In this document: one piece after another, positions 1 through 13,432 of the stretch
Layout of the letters: the number at the start of each line of letters is the position of its first letter
How positions within the stretch are numbered: position 1 is the stretch's first letter
Origin: Octopus vulgaris
Taxonomy: Eukaryota
Length of the DNA stretch: 64,000 bases
Reading direction: 5' to 3'
NCBI GenBank assembly: GCA_951406725.2
Contig: OX597831.1
Coordinates: forward strand, 70,742,001 to 70,806,000
The notes under the pieces: model-generated
Told to the model about the DNA's origin: nothing
The model's database searches: none
Seen by the model: only the letters and a program-made list of their open reading frames with translations
Position numbers and translations under genes: made by a program

Positions 1-222
1 ATGGTGTAGCATGGATTTTGACTGCTCTATATGGTAGCCAGATTGACGACTTTCTTCCTTAAACTTGACCTATCTTTGACCATAGAAAAATTTTGTATAT
101 AATGTTGCTGACCTATATGGTCTAGACATCCAAAGTTTCTCCACTGCAGATAAAAATGACAAAAAAAAGTTTGTTTCAAATAATTCTTGAATGTTTACAC
201 TTATGTCAAAAATATATTTTAA

Positions 223-471
223 CCCTTTGGTATAAATATTACTCTCTCAACATAAGGCTTATTCATTCACATTAGTTGAAATTAATCATGCATTATCATA
301 GGCGCAGGAGCAGCTGTGTGGTAAGTAGCTTGCTAACCAACCACATGGTTCCGGTTTCAGTCCCACTGCGTGGCATCTTGGGCAAGTGTCTTCTGCTATA
401 GCTCCGGGCCGACCAATGCCTTGTGAGTGGATTTGGTAGACGGAAACTGAAAGAAGCCTGTCGTATATATG

Positions 472-514
<43 letters not shown>

Positions 515-874
515 TTGTGTGTTAGTGTTTGTCTCCCTAGCATTGCTTGACAACCGATGCTGGTGTGTTTACGTCCCCGTCACTTAGCGGTTCGGCAAAT
601 GAGACCGATAGAATAAGTACTGGGCTTACAAAGAATAAGTCCCGGGGTTGATTTGCTCGACTAAAGGCGGTGCTCCAGCATGGCCACAGTCAAATGACTG
701 AAACAAGTAAAAAAAAATGAAGAGAGTATCTAGCAGCTTCGAAATTTTGATGACATGATTGTTTCTTTTTACAATGACATTGAAAGGTAGATATGAGAAT
801 CTGGATCTAACAAGCCTGAAATTGAAATGGGTAGAATATTTGGGCTGGGTATGGCTGGTTTAAATGCTAAAGGA
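223..874. mobile_element. TTAA-flanked MITE (piggyBac-type ends), interrupted by a SINE
   Basis: TTAA-CCCTTT at 219-228 and AAAGGA-TTAA at 869-878 (imperfect TIR); no ORF; SINE inserted at 301. Confidence 0.55.
301..718 (+). mobile_element. SINE family A (tRNA head, CORE-like block, internal microsatellite), full length
   Basis: Head GGCGCAGGAG..TGTGTGGTAAG..GGTTCCGGTTTCAGTCCC; CORE-like TGGCATCTTGGGCAAGTG; internal (TA)n(TG)n; tail GGCGGTGCTCCAGCATGGCC..ACTGAAACAAGTAAAA; about 22 copies in window. Confidence 0.92.
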
Positions 875-1257
875 TTAAAGTTAAACATTTAAAATGTCAA
901 TTCGTGAATATCCTTTCTTTTCACATATATTCTAGTCTATAATGTGAGTATATTGTTTTACTGTCCTTCAAAGTTAAAGAGAAAAAGTATTTGTTACAAG
1001 TTGAAAGTTAACCCAGTATGATGCACACTAACTCAGGCCTTTATGGGAAGCTTCAATATGTAATTCTGTATACTTTAATAGTATACCTTGATGAAATATG
1101 GTGGGTTGCCTGTCGTATTAATTTTACAAAACTAACTACAAACAAAGAAACTGAATTTTCATCAATATATATACAAACTTACACACACACACACATGCAT
1201 TCATGTATGTGTGTCTGTGTATGAACATATACATATATGTGTATATATTTATATGCA

Positions 1258-1624
<367 letters not shown>

Positions 1625-2388
1625 TCTTAAAAATGCAATCTTGTATTCATAAAACTCAATATCCATAACATTACATTATTGCATTTATTTGAAAAATTCT
1701 TATACAAATCAGCCAGATTTTTTAAATAAAAAAAATGAAAATAAAAGGAAATTTCAGAATCTCCATGTACAGCTTATGGATATCATATTTTATTACATAA
1801 ATACAGCATACCACCAAAAGACCCTAGCAAAATATCCAACAGTCACAAAATAATTATCTGTATGCTCACAACTCCAATTATCTATCTGTCTATCACTTTC
1901 TCTGTCTATTTCTTTCTCTCATTACACACACACAAACAAACACACAAGCCAGCATATACATACATGTATTTATATAACCAAATATATGACAGCCAGTATG
2001 TCTATATTTCTCTATCTTCATCTACCTATCCAAATATAAATCAGAATATACCTTAAACTTACTAGCATATTAAGATAACAATTCAGTGAGAATTATTTTG
2101 CTATACATTGAATAGTAATCTACTATGTCAATTTGTGTTAAAAAAACAGTTCTCTTATTTCTAATAAACGAAAGCCAACTAATTACAGATTTGCAATTTT
2201 CCCATTGAACCAGTCAAGAACATTTTTGTCTATTGTTATTTATCATTTTTAATATATGTCGCTTCCCCTAGTGGCCAGTTCATATGAGAGAGATAATCTT
2301 TTTTTCATAGTATTTGAATTTGAAATTAAGGGATGAAGGAAAAAAGATCTATGGAACACACATTCAGTTACATGTGTAGCCATATCCT

Positions 2389-2809
2389 TACTCTCTTTTA
2401 CTCTTTTACTTGTTTCAGTCATTTGATTGCGGCCATGCTGGAGCACCGCCTTTTAGTCGAGCAAATCGACCCCGGGACTTATTCTTTTGTAAGCCCAGTA
2501 CTTATACTATCGGTCTCTTTTGCCGAACCGCTAAGTGACGGGGACGTAAACACACCAGCGTCGGTTGTCAAGCAATGCTAGGGGGACAAACACAGACACA
2601 CAAACATACACACACATACACACACATACATATATATATATATATACGACGGGCTTCTTTCAGTTTCCGTCTACCAAATCCACTCTCAAGGCTTTAGTCG
2701 GCCCAAGGCTATAGTAGAAGACACTTGCCCAAGGTGCCATGCAGTGAGACTGAACCCGGAACCATGTGGTTGGTTAGCAAGCTACTTACCACACAGCCAC
2801 TCCTGCGCC
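2389..2809 (-). mobile_element. SINE family A, full length
   Basis: Reverse complement of 301-718 with (GAGTAAAA)n-type tail. Confidence 0.92.
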
Positions 2810-3244
2810 TATTAAGCTGTTGTGCTTAAAAATAATAGAATTCCACTGGGGGAAGAATTTAAGTACCTGGGTGTAATAATTTTGAATGAGAGAGAAATCA
2901 ACGCAATGATCGATGGTCTGATCATTTTAATGATATTCAGTTTCATTTCAATATGACATTGAGTCAGCTCATCAGGTAATGATTATGCCATCTTTATTCT
3001 GTGGATGGTGTAATAACTATTAAAAAAAACTATAAATGTCAAATAACACTTTAATAAGGCTTGGTTCATGCATCCCTTTATGTTTCTATATAAAAAAAAG
3101 AATGAGCACATGTGCACACACACACACACACATACACACACACACACACACATACACACATACACACACACATACACACATACACACACACATACACACA
3201 CACACACACACACATACACACATACACACACATATATAGGCTTT

Positions 3245-3385
3245 GCATTCTGGCCACAGTCAATTCCACCAAGGTTGACTTTGCTTTTCATCCTTTCAGG
3301 GTTGATAAACTAAATACTGGTTGAGTACTGGAGTCAATGCAATCAACTTCCCCAGCATTTCAAGCTTTGTGCTTACAGTATAAAC
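3245..3385 (+). mobile_element. SINE family C fragment
   Basis: AATTCCACCAAGGTTGACTTTGCTTTTCATCCTTTCAGGGTTGATAAA domain shared with 5905-6117. Confidence 0.7.
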
Positions 3386-3386
3386 C

Positions 3387-3417
<31 letters not shown>

Positions 3418-3768
3418 CCTTAAACAACTAAAAGAAAATTTATAAATTCTTTTCTCATTTCTCATGTATTCTAATGAATGGTACATCTTTAATTTATGCA
3501 AGCATCCAAAGCTACCTGATAAAAAATAATCATTGAAAATTTGTTAAACCAAGGAAGCAACTCTGCATAATTCCCTTACTAACACCTCCAAGATAAGTTT
3601 CTATTTAAACATTGATTTTGTCGAAATAAGATGCCTATTTTAGATTGGAACCTTGATCAGAAGCTAAAGTAATTACAATGATACCTTCCCAGTGAGGAAT
3701 CACACAGAAAGAACCTTGTTCTATGAGTTTTGAAAGTATACTAACTACATATATTCATAACATACATA

Positions 3769-4080
3769 TCACCGTGATCACCGTGACCGACCAGGGTATT
3801 AGATGTTGCTACACATCGCTGGTCACAATGCGCTTGGCATTGCTTTAGCCTTCAAATGACGCCACCCCGCTGGCTAAGTGAGCAGGCCGACATAAGAAAG
3901 AGTGAGAGAAAGTTGTGGTGAAAGAGTACAGCAGGGATCACACCCCCTCCCCCTGCCGCAGCCTCGTGGAGCTTTAGGTGTTTTCGCTCAATAAACACTC
4001 ACAACACCCGGTCTGGGAATTGAAACCGCGATCCTACAACCGCGAGTCCGCTGCCCTAAACACTGGGCCCTTGCACTTCC
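3769..4080 (-). mobile_element. SINE family B (tRNA-derived)
   Basis: Reverse complement matches 22524-22828, including the GTCACG(G)TGA repeat tail. Confidence 0.88.
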
Positions 4081-4151
4081 ACCATAACATACATATACCT
4101 ATATATATAGTGTGTGTGTATCTACTTTTGTACATGTTTATGGGGACATGT

Positions 4152-4327
4152 TCAGGTATGGCTGTATGGTAAGAAGCTTGCTTCTCAACAACATGGTTCT
4201 GGGTTCAATTCACTGCATGACACTGTAAGTGTCTTTTATTATAAGCCTCAGCCTGAACAGAGCCTTGTGAGTGGATTTGATAGATAGATACCAAAAGAAG
4301 CCCCTCGTGTGTGTATGCGTAGGTGTG

Positions 4328-4366
<39 letters not shown>

Positions 4367-4650
4367 ACCTGCGCATGTCTGTATTTGTTCCCCTCTCACT
4401 ACTTGACAACCAGTCTTGGTGTGTTTTAGCTGTTTTAGCTAAAAAAAGAGACCAATAGAATTAGTAACTGGTTTAAAAATAAATACTGGGGTCATCTATT
4501 TGGCTAAAAACGTCAAGTTGGTGGCACATTATGGCTGCAGTCCCACTACATGACACCTTGGGCAAGTTTCTTCTACTATAGCCTCAGGCCGACCAAAGCC
4601 TTGTGAGTGGATTTGGTAGATGGAAACTGAAGAAGCCCGTTGTATATATA

Positions 4651-4686
<36 letters not shown>

Positions 4687-4905
4687 TGTATGTATGTATG
4701 TATGTATGTATGTATGTGTCTGTGTTTGTCCCCTCAACATCGCTTGAGAACTAATGCTGGTGTGTTTATGTCCCTGTGATTTAGCGGTTCAGCAAGAGAG
4801 ACTGATAGAATAAGTACTAGGTATACAGAGAATAAGTCCTGGAGTTGATTTGCTTGACTAAAGGTGGTGCTCCGGCATGGCCGCAGTCAAATGACTGAAA
4901 CACAT
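4152..4905 (+). mobile_element. Two diverged SINE family A copies joined head-to-tail
   Basis: Older copy ~4152-4540 runs into a 5'-truncated copy ~4541-4905. Confidence 0.8.
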
Positions 4906-5158
4906 ATAGGAATAAGAAAGCATAAAAGAATATATATGTATGTGTGTGTGTATGTATATATATATATATGCACATATATACATACAAGTTTATTCAAAAA
5001 GAAGAATCCAATTTCATTACACAATATTTTAATATGGAAAAGCAATAGGAAACTCCTGTATATACATGCATGAATTTTCTGCTGCTTTAAATAAAGTATA
5101 TATATATATATATATAGGTAAGAAAGTTGGTATGTATGTATATGTATGTATGTATAAT

Positions 5159-5364
5159 GTGACCTTGTCTGTACCGTTGGTGATTTTTTTTCCTCCGTCT
5201 TCCCTTCTCTGGATCTTTCCTTTTCCTATGTTTCTGACGAAGAACTCCGCTCGAAACGTAAAACTCTCCTTCTTCCCTTCCTTCCTGAGCGTCCAATAAT
5301 ACTATATTTGTTCCACGTCCTCACGTTGTTGTTTTCTCTTTGTGTTTTCATGCTTGGATTAACT
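5159..5364 (+). mobile_element. Short (~210 bp) HHR-bearing repeat, second copy
   Basis: Aligns with 1258-1464; TA/TATG tracts on both sides. Confidence 0.65.
5230..5264 (+). ncRNA. Minimal type I hammerhead motif, dimer-type
   Basis: GTTT-CTGACGA-A-GAAC-TCC-GCTC-GAAA-CG-TA-AAAC: stem I GTTT/AAAC, intact CUGANGA and GAAA, loopless palindromic ACGT stem III. Confidence 0.6.
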
Positions 5365-5387
5365 TTATATATATATATATATAAATA

Positions 5388-5431
<44 letters not shown>

Positions 5432-5904
5432 TCCAAGTTGAGGGACTGGAACAGGTAAAATCCAGCCTATATATATGTTTCCAAACTAACAGATCCTGTG
5501 ATGTACTAATTACTCAATGAGGGGTACTCAGTTAATTACTTACCAGGTGCAAGATACCTTAATTATATGAAGAAGGTTATACATTGTCGTTAAGGAATCG
5601 CAAGTTAATTCACCGAAAATGAAGCGATTTGAAATGAGTGGTGAAACCAGAAGAACAATAAAAACAAAATAAAAACTGAGTGAAAAATGTTTGAAGAAAT
5701 AAAATGGTTGGTCAGTGAGAAAAGAGAAGGAAAAGGTCAAATATCTGGGAGTGGAGAATTGTATAAAGTGGTTATGAATAAAGAAAAGGAAAGGGGGAAG
5801 AAAGAAGTGGGTTTAGAGTAGAGAGAAGCTGACTTTAAGAGGAAAGGTCATTCTGAATATTAAGCTGAGGCCAAGTTACTATGACAACAGTAAACAAATG
5901 CTCA

Positions 5905-6117
5905 GGTAGCACGCCGGGCAAAATGCAGCGCCGTATTTCGGCTGCCGTTACGTTCTGAGTTCAAATTCCGCCAAGGTCGACTTTGCCTTTCATCCTTTCG
6001 GGGTTGATTAAATAAGTACCAGATATGCACTGGGGTCGAGATAATCGACTTAATCCATTTGTCTGTCCTTGTTTGTCCCCTCTGTGTTTAGCCCCTTGTG
6101 GGTAGTAAAGAAATAGG
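5905..6117 (+). mobile_element. SINE family C
   Basis: B-box GAGTTCAAATTCC followed by GGTCGACTTTGCCTTTCATCCTTTCGGGGTTGA..AAGTACCAG conserved domain. Confidence 0.8.
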
Positions 6118-6468
6118 TACACTTATGCATACACATTTATAAAGAATAATAAGATAAATGTTAGAAGAAATGGAATGGTCAAGATTAAGAAGAAAAGGAA
6201 AGGAAGAGGTCAAATATTTAGGAGAAGAAATTTGTAGCCTTTAAGGGAAAAACCTACCTGGCACAGGTAACGTTGGTCACTTACTACTTCACAGTAAATA
6301 TACACGTTCATGCATCCATGCATACACTCACTGCATGCCTAGAGTATCAACACAAGTGTGCATGCATATGGAGGATGTGTGCGTGTGTTCATGTGTACAT
6401 GCACATTGATCCCTGTATACAAAGATGAAGCTATAAAGAGATTACAAAGTTAAGAAAGTATACATATA

Positions 6469-6633
6469 GGCGCAGGAGTGGCTGTGTGGTAAGTAGCTTG
6501 CTAACCAACCACATGGTTCCGGGTTCAGTCCCACTGCGTGGCATTTTGGGCAAGTGTCTTCTGCTATAGCCCCGGGCCGACCAATGCCTTGTGAGTGGAT
6601 TTGGTAGGCGGAAACTGAAAGAAGCCTGTCTTA

Positions 6634-6698
<65 letters not shown>

Positions 6699-6910
6699 TT
6701 GTGTGTCTGTGTTTGTCCACCTAGCATTGCTTGACAACCGATGCTGGTGTGTTTATGTCCCCGTCACTTAGCGGTTCGGCAAAAAGAGACCGATAGAATA
6801 AGTACTGGGCTTACAAAAAGAATAAGTCCCGGGGTCGAGTTGCTTGACTAAAGGCGGTGCTCCAGCATGGCTGCAGTCAAATGACTGAAACAAGTAAAAG
6901 AGTAAAAGAG
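6469..6910 (+). mobile_element. SINE family A, full length
   Basis: Near-identical to other young copies. Confidence 0.92.
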
Positions 6911-7189
6911 TGTAGAAGAAATACAAGTGGAAGGGATGTAAGAGGATTAGCCAGGGAATTATCAGGGAAAGCACTATCAGTTGTAGCTTAAGTATGTATT
7001 GTGTGCAATTAATAATAAGGTCACTTCGTTTATTAAGTCATCTGCTGCACTGCATAATAGATAAAGCTTCACATTCGTTGTTATAACCATTTTACAAATT
7101 GACATGGGTAACAACGGATCATTTTAAACTGTATACAACTAAGTTATGTTTTAGGTTATGAATGAGCCTAGACAGAGAAATACTGTTAA

Positions 7190-9030
7190 TTTTCTCTTGA
7201 GAATTAAAGCTACAGTAGTAGTTACTAATTCTGCATGAGCCAATATATACATGCTTGGATATCTTCTGTAGAGACCATACATTTATATATGGTATTCTTA
7301 TTGAAGCATTTATTTCCTAAAGGACATGAGGTGTAATATGTACAGCTGCATGCATTTCTATAAGGTGCTAAAGTGGAATTTGTGGGGCTATGACTACGTG
7401 AGGTTAACCTGGTGTCACATGTCATATCAGCCTCGGTGTTAGGATTGGTATTGTTTGTGGTGGTGCAGGAGCCATCTGGGAGCTGTAGCTTAGAGTAGTT
7501 CTCATGTCTGGTGATATCATTCCTGTTATTCCCTACTTTGGTAGTCAGTATAGCCAGATTGCTAGGTTGGTTAAGGGTATTAGGTGGAGTATTAGGATTA
7601 GAGGTGGGGAGAGGATCAATATTGATAAGAAGGTTTAAGAATGTCCTAGGGCTATGAGCAGGGGACTGGGGTTGGAGTATGTTGAGTTAACACGGTTAAA
7701 GTTAACTAATTTCTGGTTATGTAGCTTTTTATTGTTAAGTCACTGAATTATACTTGCGTTGTTAGTTGTGGTGGAGTAAGAAAATTAAATAGATTGGGAG
7801 TTGAAGATTTTTCTAATGGTACTGGACCTAGGAAAATGCTTTTCAAACAGAGCAAAGAAAAGCTTAGGTAGTCTGGTCTCAATATTAAGGGAGAGAGGTG
7901 GGGGTGAAACCAGATAAACTCATGTGTCCTGGTTTATTCCATTCTAGGGGGCTGCTTGTGTATGGTTTGTGATAGGGAGGTGCACACTGGCATGGATGTT
8001 GTTAGGCAGCAGTGGATTTGGGATCCAGAATCCCTGGGTAGAGGAGTGCCTATTGGTTTTGCTACTAAGGTTAAATTTGAAGATTACAGGTAAGTTCACC
8101 ACCATCAATTCACTGTGAAGAAAGCTCACTATGAGGAAAGTTTACTGAGAAAATATATTCACAGTATCTCATCATTAATTATTAAAAATTATTTTATTGA
8201 AGAAAAGAAATGGTGAACTGATGATGGTGAACTTACTGGACATGAAATTTGGGGGATTACGGGTTTTATCTAAGGGAGTAAAGGTCTAGGAAATTTGTGG
8301 TTTTAAGATTGTAACAGAAAGTTATGTTAAGTCACACGTTTTTAAGCAAGTATCTAATTCTTTTACAAAGTTGTTGGACTTCCCAGTTACGAAAGTTTGG
8401 AACCGTAAAAATAGCATCATCCCTATAGAGAACACTGGAAATATTCGGAAGTAACCCCCTACAAGTTTGGTTACTTGAGCCAAGTTACTTGCCTCCATTG
8501 GAATGTCAAAGTAGTTGGGGGTGTGCTTGCAGGCCCAAAGTTTTCTGTCAATTTTATAACAGTTCGATAGGCTGCCAGTATAATATTTATATCACCTGTA
8601 GTTAGGTTAGAATATTAGTGCAAAGATGAGGGCTTTATGAAGTAGGATAGGGGCTACACCAGAATAGTATTGGTCCTATATCAACTTGAATGAGTTTATA
8701 TTTATTTTTGGGAGTTAAGGACTTAAACCATTGGATGGCTTCAATGTTGTTAGACCAGAGTTTTAATATTATCTTGGAATGAATATGGAGTAAAATTCTA
8801 TCTAAGATAACTTTGCTAATTTTACCTATATTGGAGCTGGAGGGGTAGATAAGGGTTCACAACAAAATTTTCTTTATGGTCCTTTAAGTTCAGATGGGAT
8901 GGTCAAGGCTTGAAAGGTTCAGTTCTATCTTCTGAGCTGAGTTTAAAAACTAAATCTCGAGTCTTTAGGTGAATATACCTCAGGGCAGAGTCTGCTACAA
9001 TTTGATTATCCTTTATGTGGTTTTTTAAGA
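7190..9030 (-). mobile_element. Degenerate Penelope-like element (RT plus start of GIY-YIG)
   Basis: Minus-strand motifs with stops and frameshifts: FDIPM (~8505), YRDDAIF (~8410-8430), IWF..P.SLNIETRLPKLFFALFEKHFP..IFN..FSYST (~7770-7915), CSC..SCPLGNKCFNKNTIYKC (~7275-7350). Confidence 0.82.
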
Positions 9031-9040
9031 ATCAGATATA

Positions 9041-9388
9041 GGCATGGTTGTGTGGTAAGTACTTTGCTTCCAAATCACATGGTTCCAGGTTCAGTCCCAC
9101 TGCATAGCATCTTGGGCAAGTATCTTCTACTATAGCCTCAGGTTTATCAAAGCCTTGTGACTGGATTTAGTAAATGAAAACTGAAAGAAGTCCATCATAT
9201 AGGAATGTGTGTGTGTGTGTGTGTGGGGGGTTGTGTTTGTCCCTCACCACTGCTTGACAACTGGTGTTGGTGTGTTTAGCAGCTCAGCTAAAGAGGCTGA
9301 TAGAATAAATACCAGGTTTTAAAAAATTAGTTCTTCAGGGCAGTGTTCCAGCATGGCCACTGTCTAATGACTCAAACAAGTGAAAAAT
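9041..9388 (+). mobile_element. SINE family A, old diverged copy
   Basis: Same head, CORE block and tail with many substitutions. Confidence 0.8.
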
Positions 9389-10191
9389 ATGCATAAGAAT
9401 ATGCATACATTTAAACACTTGGCAAAAGTGTTTGTCCAAAATGAGTAAATGAATATGCATGAGATTTTGTGGCCTGTCAGCATTTTCTCTGAGATTTTTA
9501 GTGGTATGCTGTATTTATGCATGAATATGTAATGGTCAGCAGTCCCATAGCAACATTCTTTTCTTTCTTTTCCATTTCTTATAAATATAATTTGACTATT
9601 TTGACTAACAATTTTCCAAAAATATTCTGTAATGTGATGTTATGTATCTAAATTTTAATGATGCACAGTTATATATTTATATAACAATACATCTGTAATT
9701 GAATATAACACTGATGCTTGGTAAAGTGTAACTTTCTATGCTCATAATTGGTCTTGCATTAAAAATTAAAGGATAGATAACCACATTTCATCAAAATTAA
9801 CATATAAAACTGAAAGGCATGTTGAAGATATTAATAGTAGGCTGACATAGGGTGGCTTCCCTTAGTATGATTTATAATGATTAAGGACTATTTGTTTTTT
9901 TTTTGTTTACTCTGAAGGCTTGCATAAACTAGTGATGTATCACATCTTAGAATACAATAGTAAAGATAACTGAAATCTTTTGGCTGCTCACATTTAAAGA
10001 ATAAACGTTTGTATCTGGAAGCATAAACATAGACACACGGAGGATTATTCAAGAATTACATGAAACAAACTTTCATCTTCTTTCTTATCTCAACGTTCAC
10101 AGAAGGAAGTTGCATTAATATCATTACACAGTGAGCTGATGGATGGTGAAACTGACAGTAATAATGGGATCAACAGTTAATCCAGATTTTG

Positions 10192-10352
<161 letters not shown>

Positions 10353-10354
10353 AC

Positions 10355-11110
10355 AGAAACTCTATAAGATGTACCCAGTGTAAGCTATGGACACATAAGA
10401 GGTGCAGCAATGTCAAAGGTAGGCTAACTGGGAAGATAGTTTTTGTATGTGGCAGGTGCTCTGGAGCATTGACCTCCGAAAATCTGCAGAAAACAACTTC
10501 TGTCACTTTCCGGGGGGAAAAACTAGAAGTAGTTGATAGCTTCCGCTATCTAGGTGACCAAGTCAGTAGTGGGGGTGGGTGCGCTGAAAGTGTAACTGCT
10601 AGAATAAGAATAGCCTGGGCAAAGTTTAGGGAGCTCTTACCTCTGCTGGTGACTAAAGGCCTCTCGCTCAGAGTAAAAGGCAGACTGTATGATGCATGTG
10701 TACGAACAGCTATGCTACATGGCAGTGAAACATGGGCCGTGACTGCTGAGGACATGCGTAAGCTCGTGAGGAACGAAGCCAGTATGCTCCGATGGATGTG
10801 TAATGTCAGTGTACTTACTCGACAGAGCGTTAGTACCTTGAGAGAAATGTTGTACCTAAGAAGCATCAGTTGTTGTGTGCAAGAGAGACGATTGCGCTGG
10901 TATGGTCATGTGGCGAGAATGGATGAAGATAGGTGTGTGAGAAAGTGCCAATCCCTAGCAGTTGAGGGAACCCGTGGAAGAGGTAGACCCAGGAAAACCT
11001 GGGACGAGGTGGTGAAGCACGACCTTCGGACGTTAGGTCTCACCATGGAAATGACTAGAGACCGAGACCTATGGAAGTATGCTGTGCGTGAGAAGACCCG
11101 GCAAGACTAG
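10355..11110 (+). pseudogene. RTE ORF2 C-terminal fragment (partial PHD-like finger plus post-RT region)
   Basis: CTQC..WTHKRC..FVCGRC then RTE C-terminal motifs; the listed ATG lies in microsatellite so this is not a real start. Confidence 0.88.
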
Positions 11111-11289
11111 TGAAGCCATAATCCGTGGCCCCTACCTGGGACGTAGTCAGTCCACCTGTGCATACCTTCCTTCTTGTGACACTTGTGAAGACCTGTTGAG
11201 GCAAGTGAGAATCGAATCGTATCGAATCAAATCGAACCAAATCAAAATAGATGAACATCAATGGAATTTGTATCCTTGTGGTACCAGTG

Positions 11290-11565
11290 CCGGTGGCACA
11301 TAAGAAAACCATCCGAACGTGACCGTAGCCAGTACCGCAATGACTGGCCTCCGTGCTGAGGGCACGTAACAAACACCATCCGAGCGTGGCCGTCCGCCAG
11401 CCTCGTCTGGCACCTGTGTCGGTGACACATAAGAAAACACCATCCGAGCGTGGCCGTCTGCCAGCCTCGTCTGGCACCTGTGTCGGTGGCACATAAAAAA
11501 CACCATCCGAGCGTGGCCGTCTGCCAGCCTCGTCTGGCACCTGTGTCGGTGGCACATAAAATCAC
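11290..11565 (+). repeat. 63-64 bp tandem repeat in RTE 3'UTR
   Basis: CACCATCCGAGCGTGGCCGTC..CCAGCCTCGTCTGGCACCTGTGTCGGTG at 11374, 11438, 11501 plus a diverged unit upstream. Confidence 0.9.
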
Positions 11566-11736
11566 CCACTACACTCTCGGAGTGGTTGGCGTTAGGAAGG
11601 GCATCCAGCTGTAGAAACACTGCCACATCTGACTGGCCTGGTGCAGCCTTCGGGCTTCCCAGACCCCAGTTGAACCGTCCAACCCATGCTAGCATGGAAA
11701 GCGGACGTTAAACGATGATGATGATGATGATGATGT

Positions 11737-11869
<133 letters not shown>

Positions 11870-13037
11870 GCATACACATATGCATACAACATATAATTGA
11901 TTATTGATTAGTCTGTCATAATTTTTTGTTGGATTCCTGTGGCTTCTGCAGTGATTAAAATCAGATCCTAATCATCCCTTATGCTTTCAAGCATGTTTTA
12001 TATGCTTTTATGTAACTGCTTAAATGTCACTGGGACTGTTTATTTTTTTATATTTTCATTTAGTTGTTTCTTTTAATATTAATGCAATCAGAAGTGTGTG
12101 TGTGTGTGCATATGTGCATTTATGGGATTTGTATTTCAGGTTTGTGTATGGCTGGTGGTTTTAATTGACATTAACCTTACTTGTCCACATTCTTACTGTT
12201 CTTTGTACACTTACTCTACTTATTTTTTCTAGTGAATGCATGTGTGTGTGTGCATGTATACACATGCATGCCTTCAATATTACCTTCCATTATGTGTACT
12301 GCTTCTGTAAACTGGCAAATGTTGGATCTTTCAAATGTCTGGAAGAAATTTTGTTTATTTCAGTATTGCTTATTGATTCATGGTATTTCTGTATTGCATG
12401 TTGATTGAGTTTGGATGTCATCATGTTCCTGCCAGTGTTTGCAAATCTTTTCATTTATATCATAGGCCAACATCTTCTTTGCATTGGTGTTTTATACTGC
12501 TCTTTATTATACTTCGTGTGTTACAGCACCTCCTTAGTTTTTCAGCTTATCTTTGGATTGGTTGTGCACACTCTACTGTTGTTGTCAGTGTAGAGGGTTT
12601 CTTCACTGAGTATGACTTGCATAATGGTAATTTAGTGGATTTTGTATCCTAGATAGTTCCTATCTATAGAACAAGAAGCTGAATTTATGAAACTGCAACT
12701 GATTGAACCTGGTGTGTAATTTTGGCATATGTGTAAATATCTTCAAACAAAATAGATGCAGAGGGTCTGGCATGGGGTTGCAAGTGATGGAGAGTACTGG
12801 TGGACCTGGTCAGCTCTACGCATGATGATGTCTCTGAGATCACTAACCTGCGATGACCCCAGCCTCATCAAACAGGAGCATAAAGCAAGCAAGAAGCATG
12901 TGTATATTTATGTATATTCAAGACTATTGAGTCTACATATAAGTGAATAGCTATTGTGTACATGCAGATATGGCAGCTAAGTGCATGGGACTCTATATAT
13001 ATATTTGCATTAGGGTATTTAGAGGCTAAAATATACA

Positions 13038-13432
13038 GCGCACAAGTGGCTGTGTGGTAAGTAGCTCGCTAACCAACCACACGGTTCCGGGTTCAGTCCT
13101 ACTGCGTGGCATCTTGGGCAAATGTCTTCTGCTATAGCCCCGGGCCGACCAATGCCTTGTGAGTGGATTTGGTAGACGGAAACTGAAAGAAGCCTGTCGT
13201 ATATATGTATATATATATGTGTGTCTGTGTTTGTGTGTCTGTGTTTGTCCCCTAGCATTGCTTGACAACTGATGCTGGTGTGTTTACGTCCCCTTCACTT
13301 AGCGGTTCGGCAAAAGAGACCGTTAGAATAAGTACTGGGCTTACAAAGAATAAGTCCCGGGGTCGATTTGTTCAACTAAAGGCGGTGCTCCAGCATGGCC
13401 ACAGTCAAATGACTGAAACAAGTAAAAAAAAA
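13038..13432 (+). mobile_element. SINE family A
   Basis: Matches family consensus. Confidence 0.9.

Larger units (their letters stand above)
10353..11733 (+). mobile_element. 5'-truncated RTE-clade LINE, young
   Basis: Open frame to 11110 with [54 protein letters not shown]; 3'UTR repeats; (GAT)n tail. Confidence 0.93.

Noticed and set aside
286-553. Recurrent ORF ..HSQGIGRPGAIAEDTCPRCHAVGLNPEPCGW..
   Set aside because: Antisense read-through of SINE family A, repeated at each copy
11290-11565. CRISPR-like periodic repeat
   Set aside because: Units are contiguous with no unique spacers, no cas genes, and lie in an RTE 3'UTR
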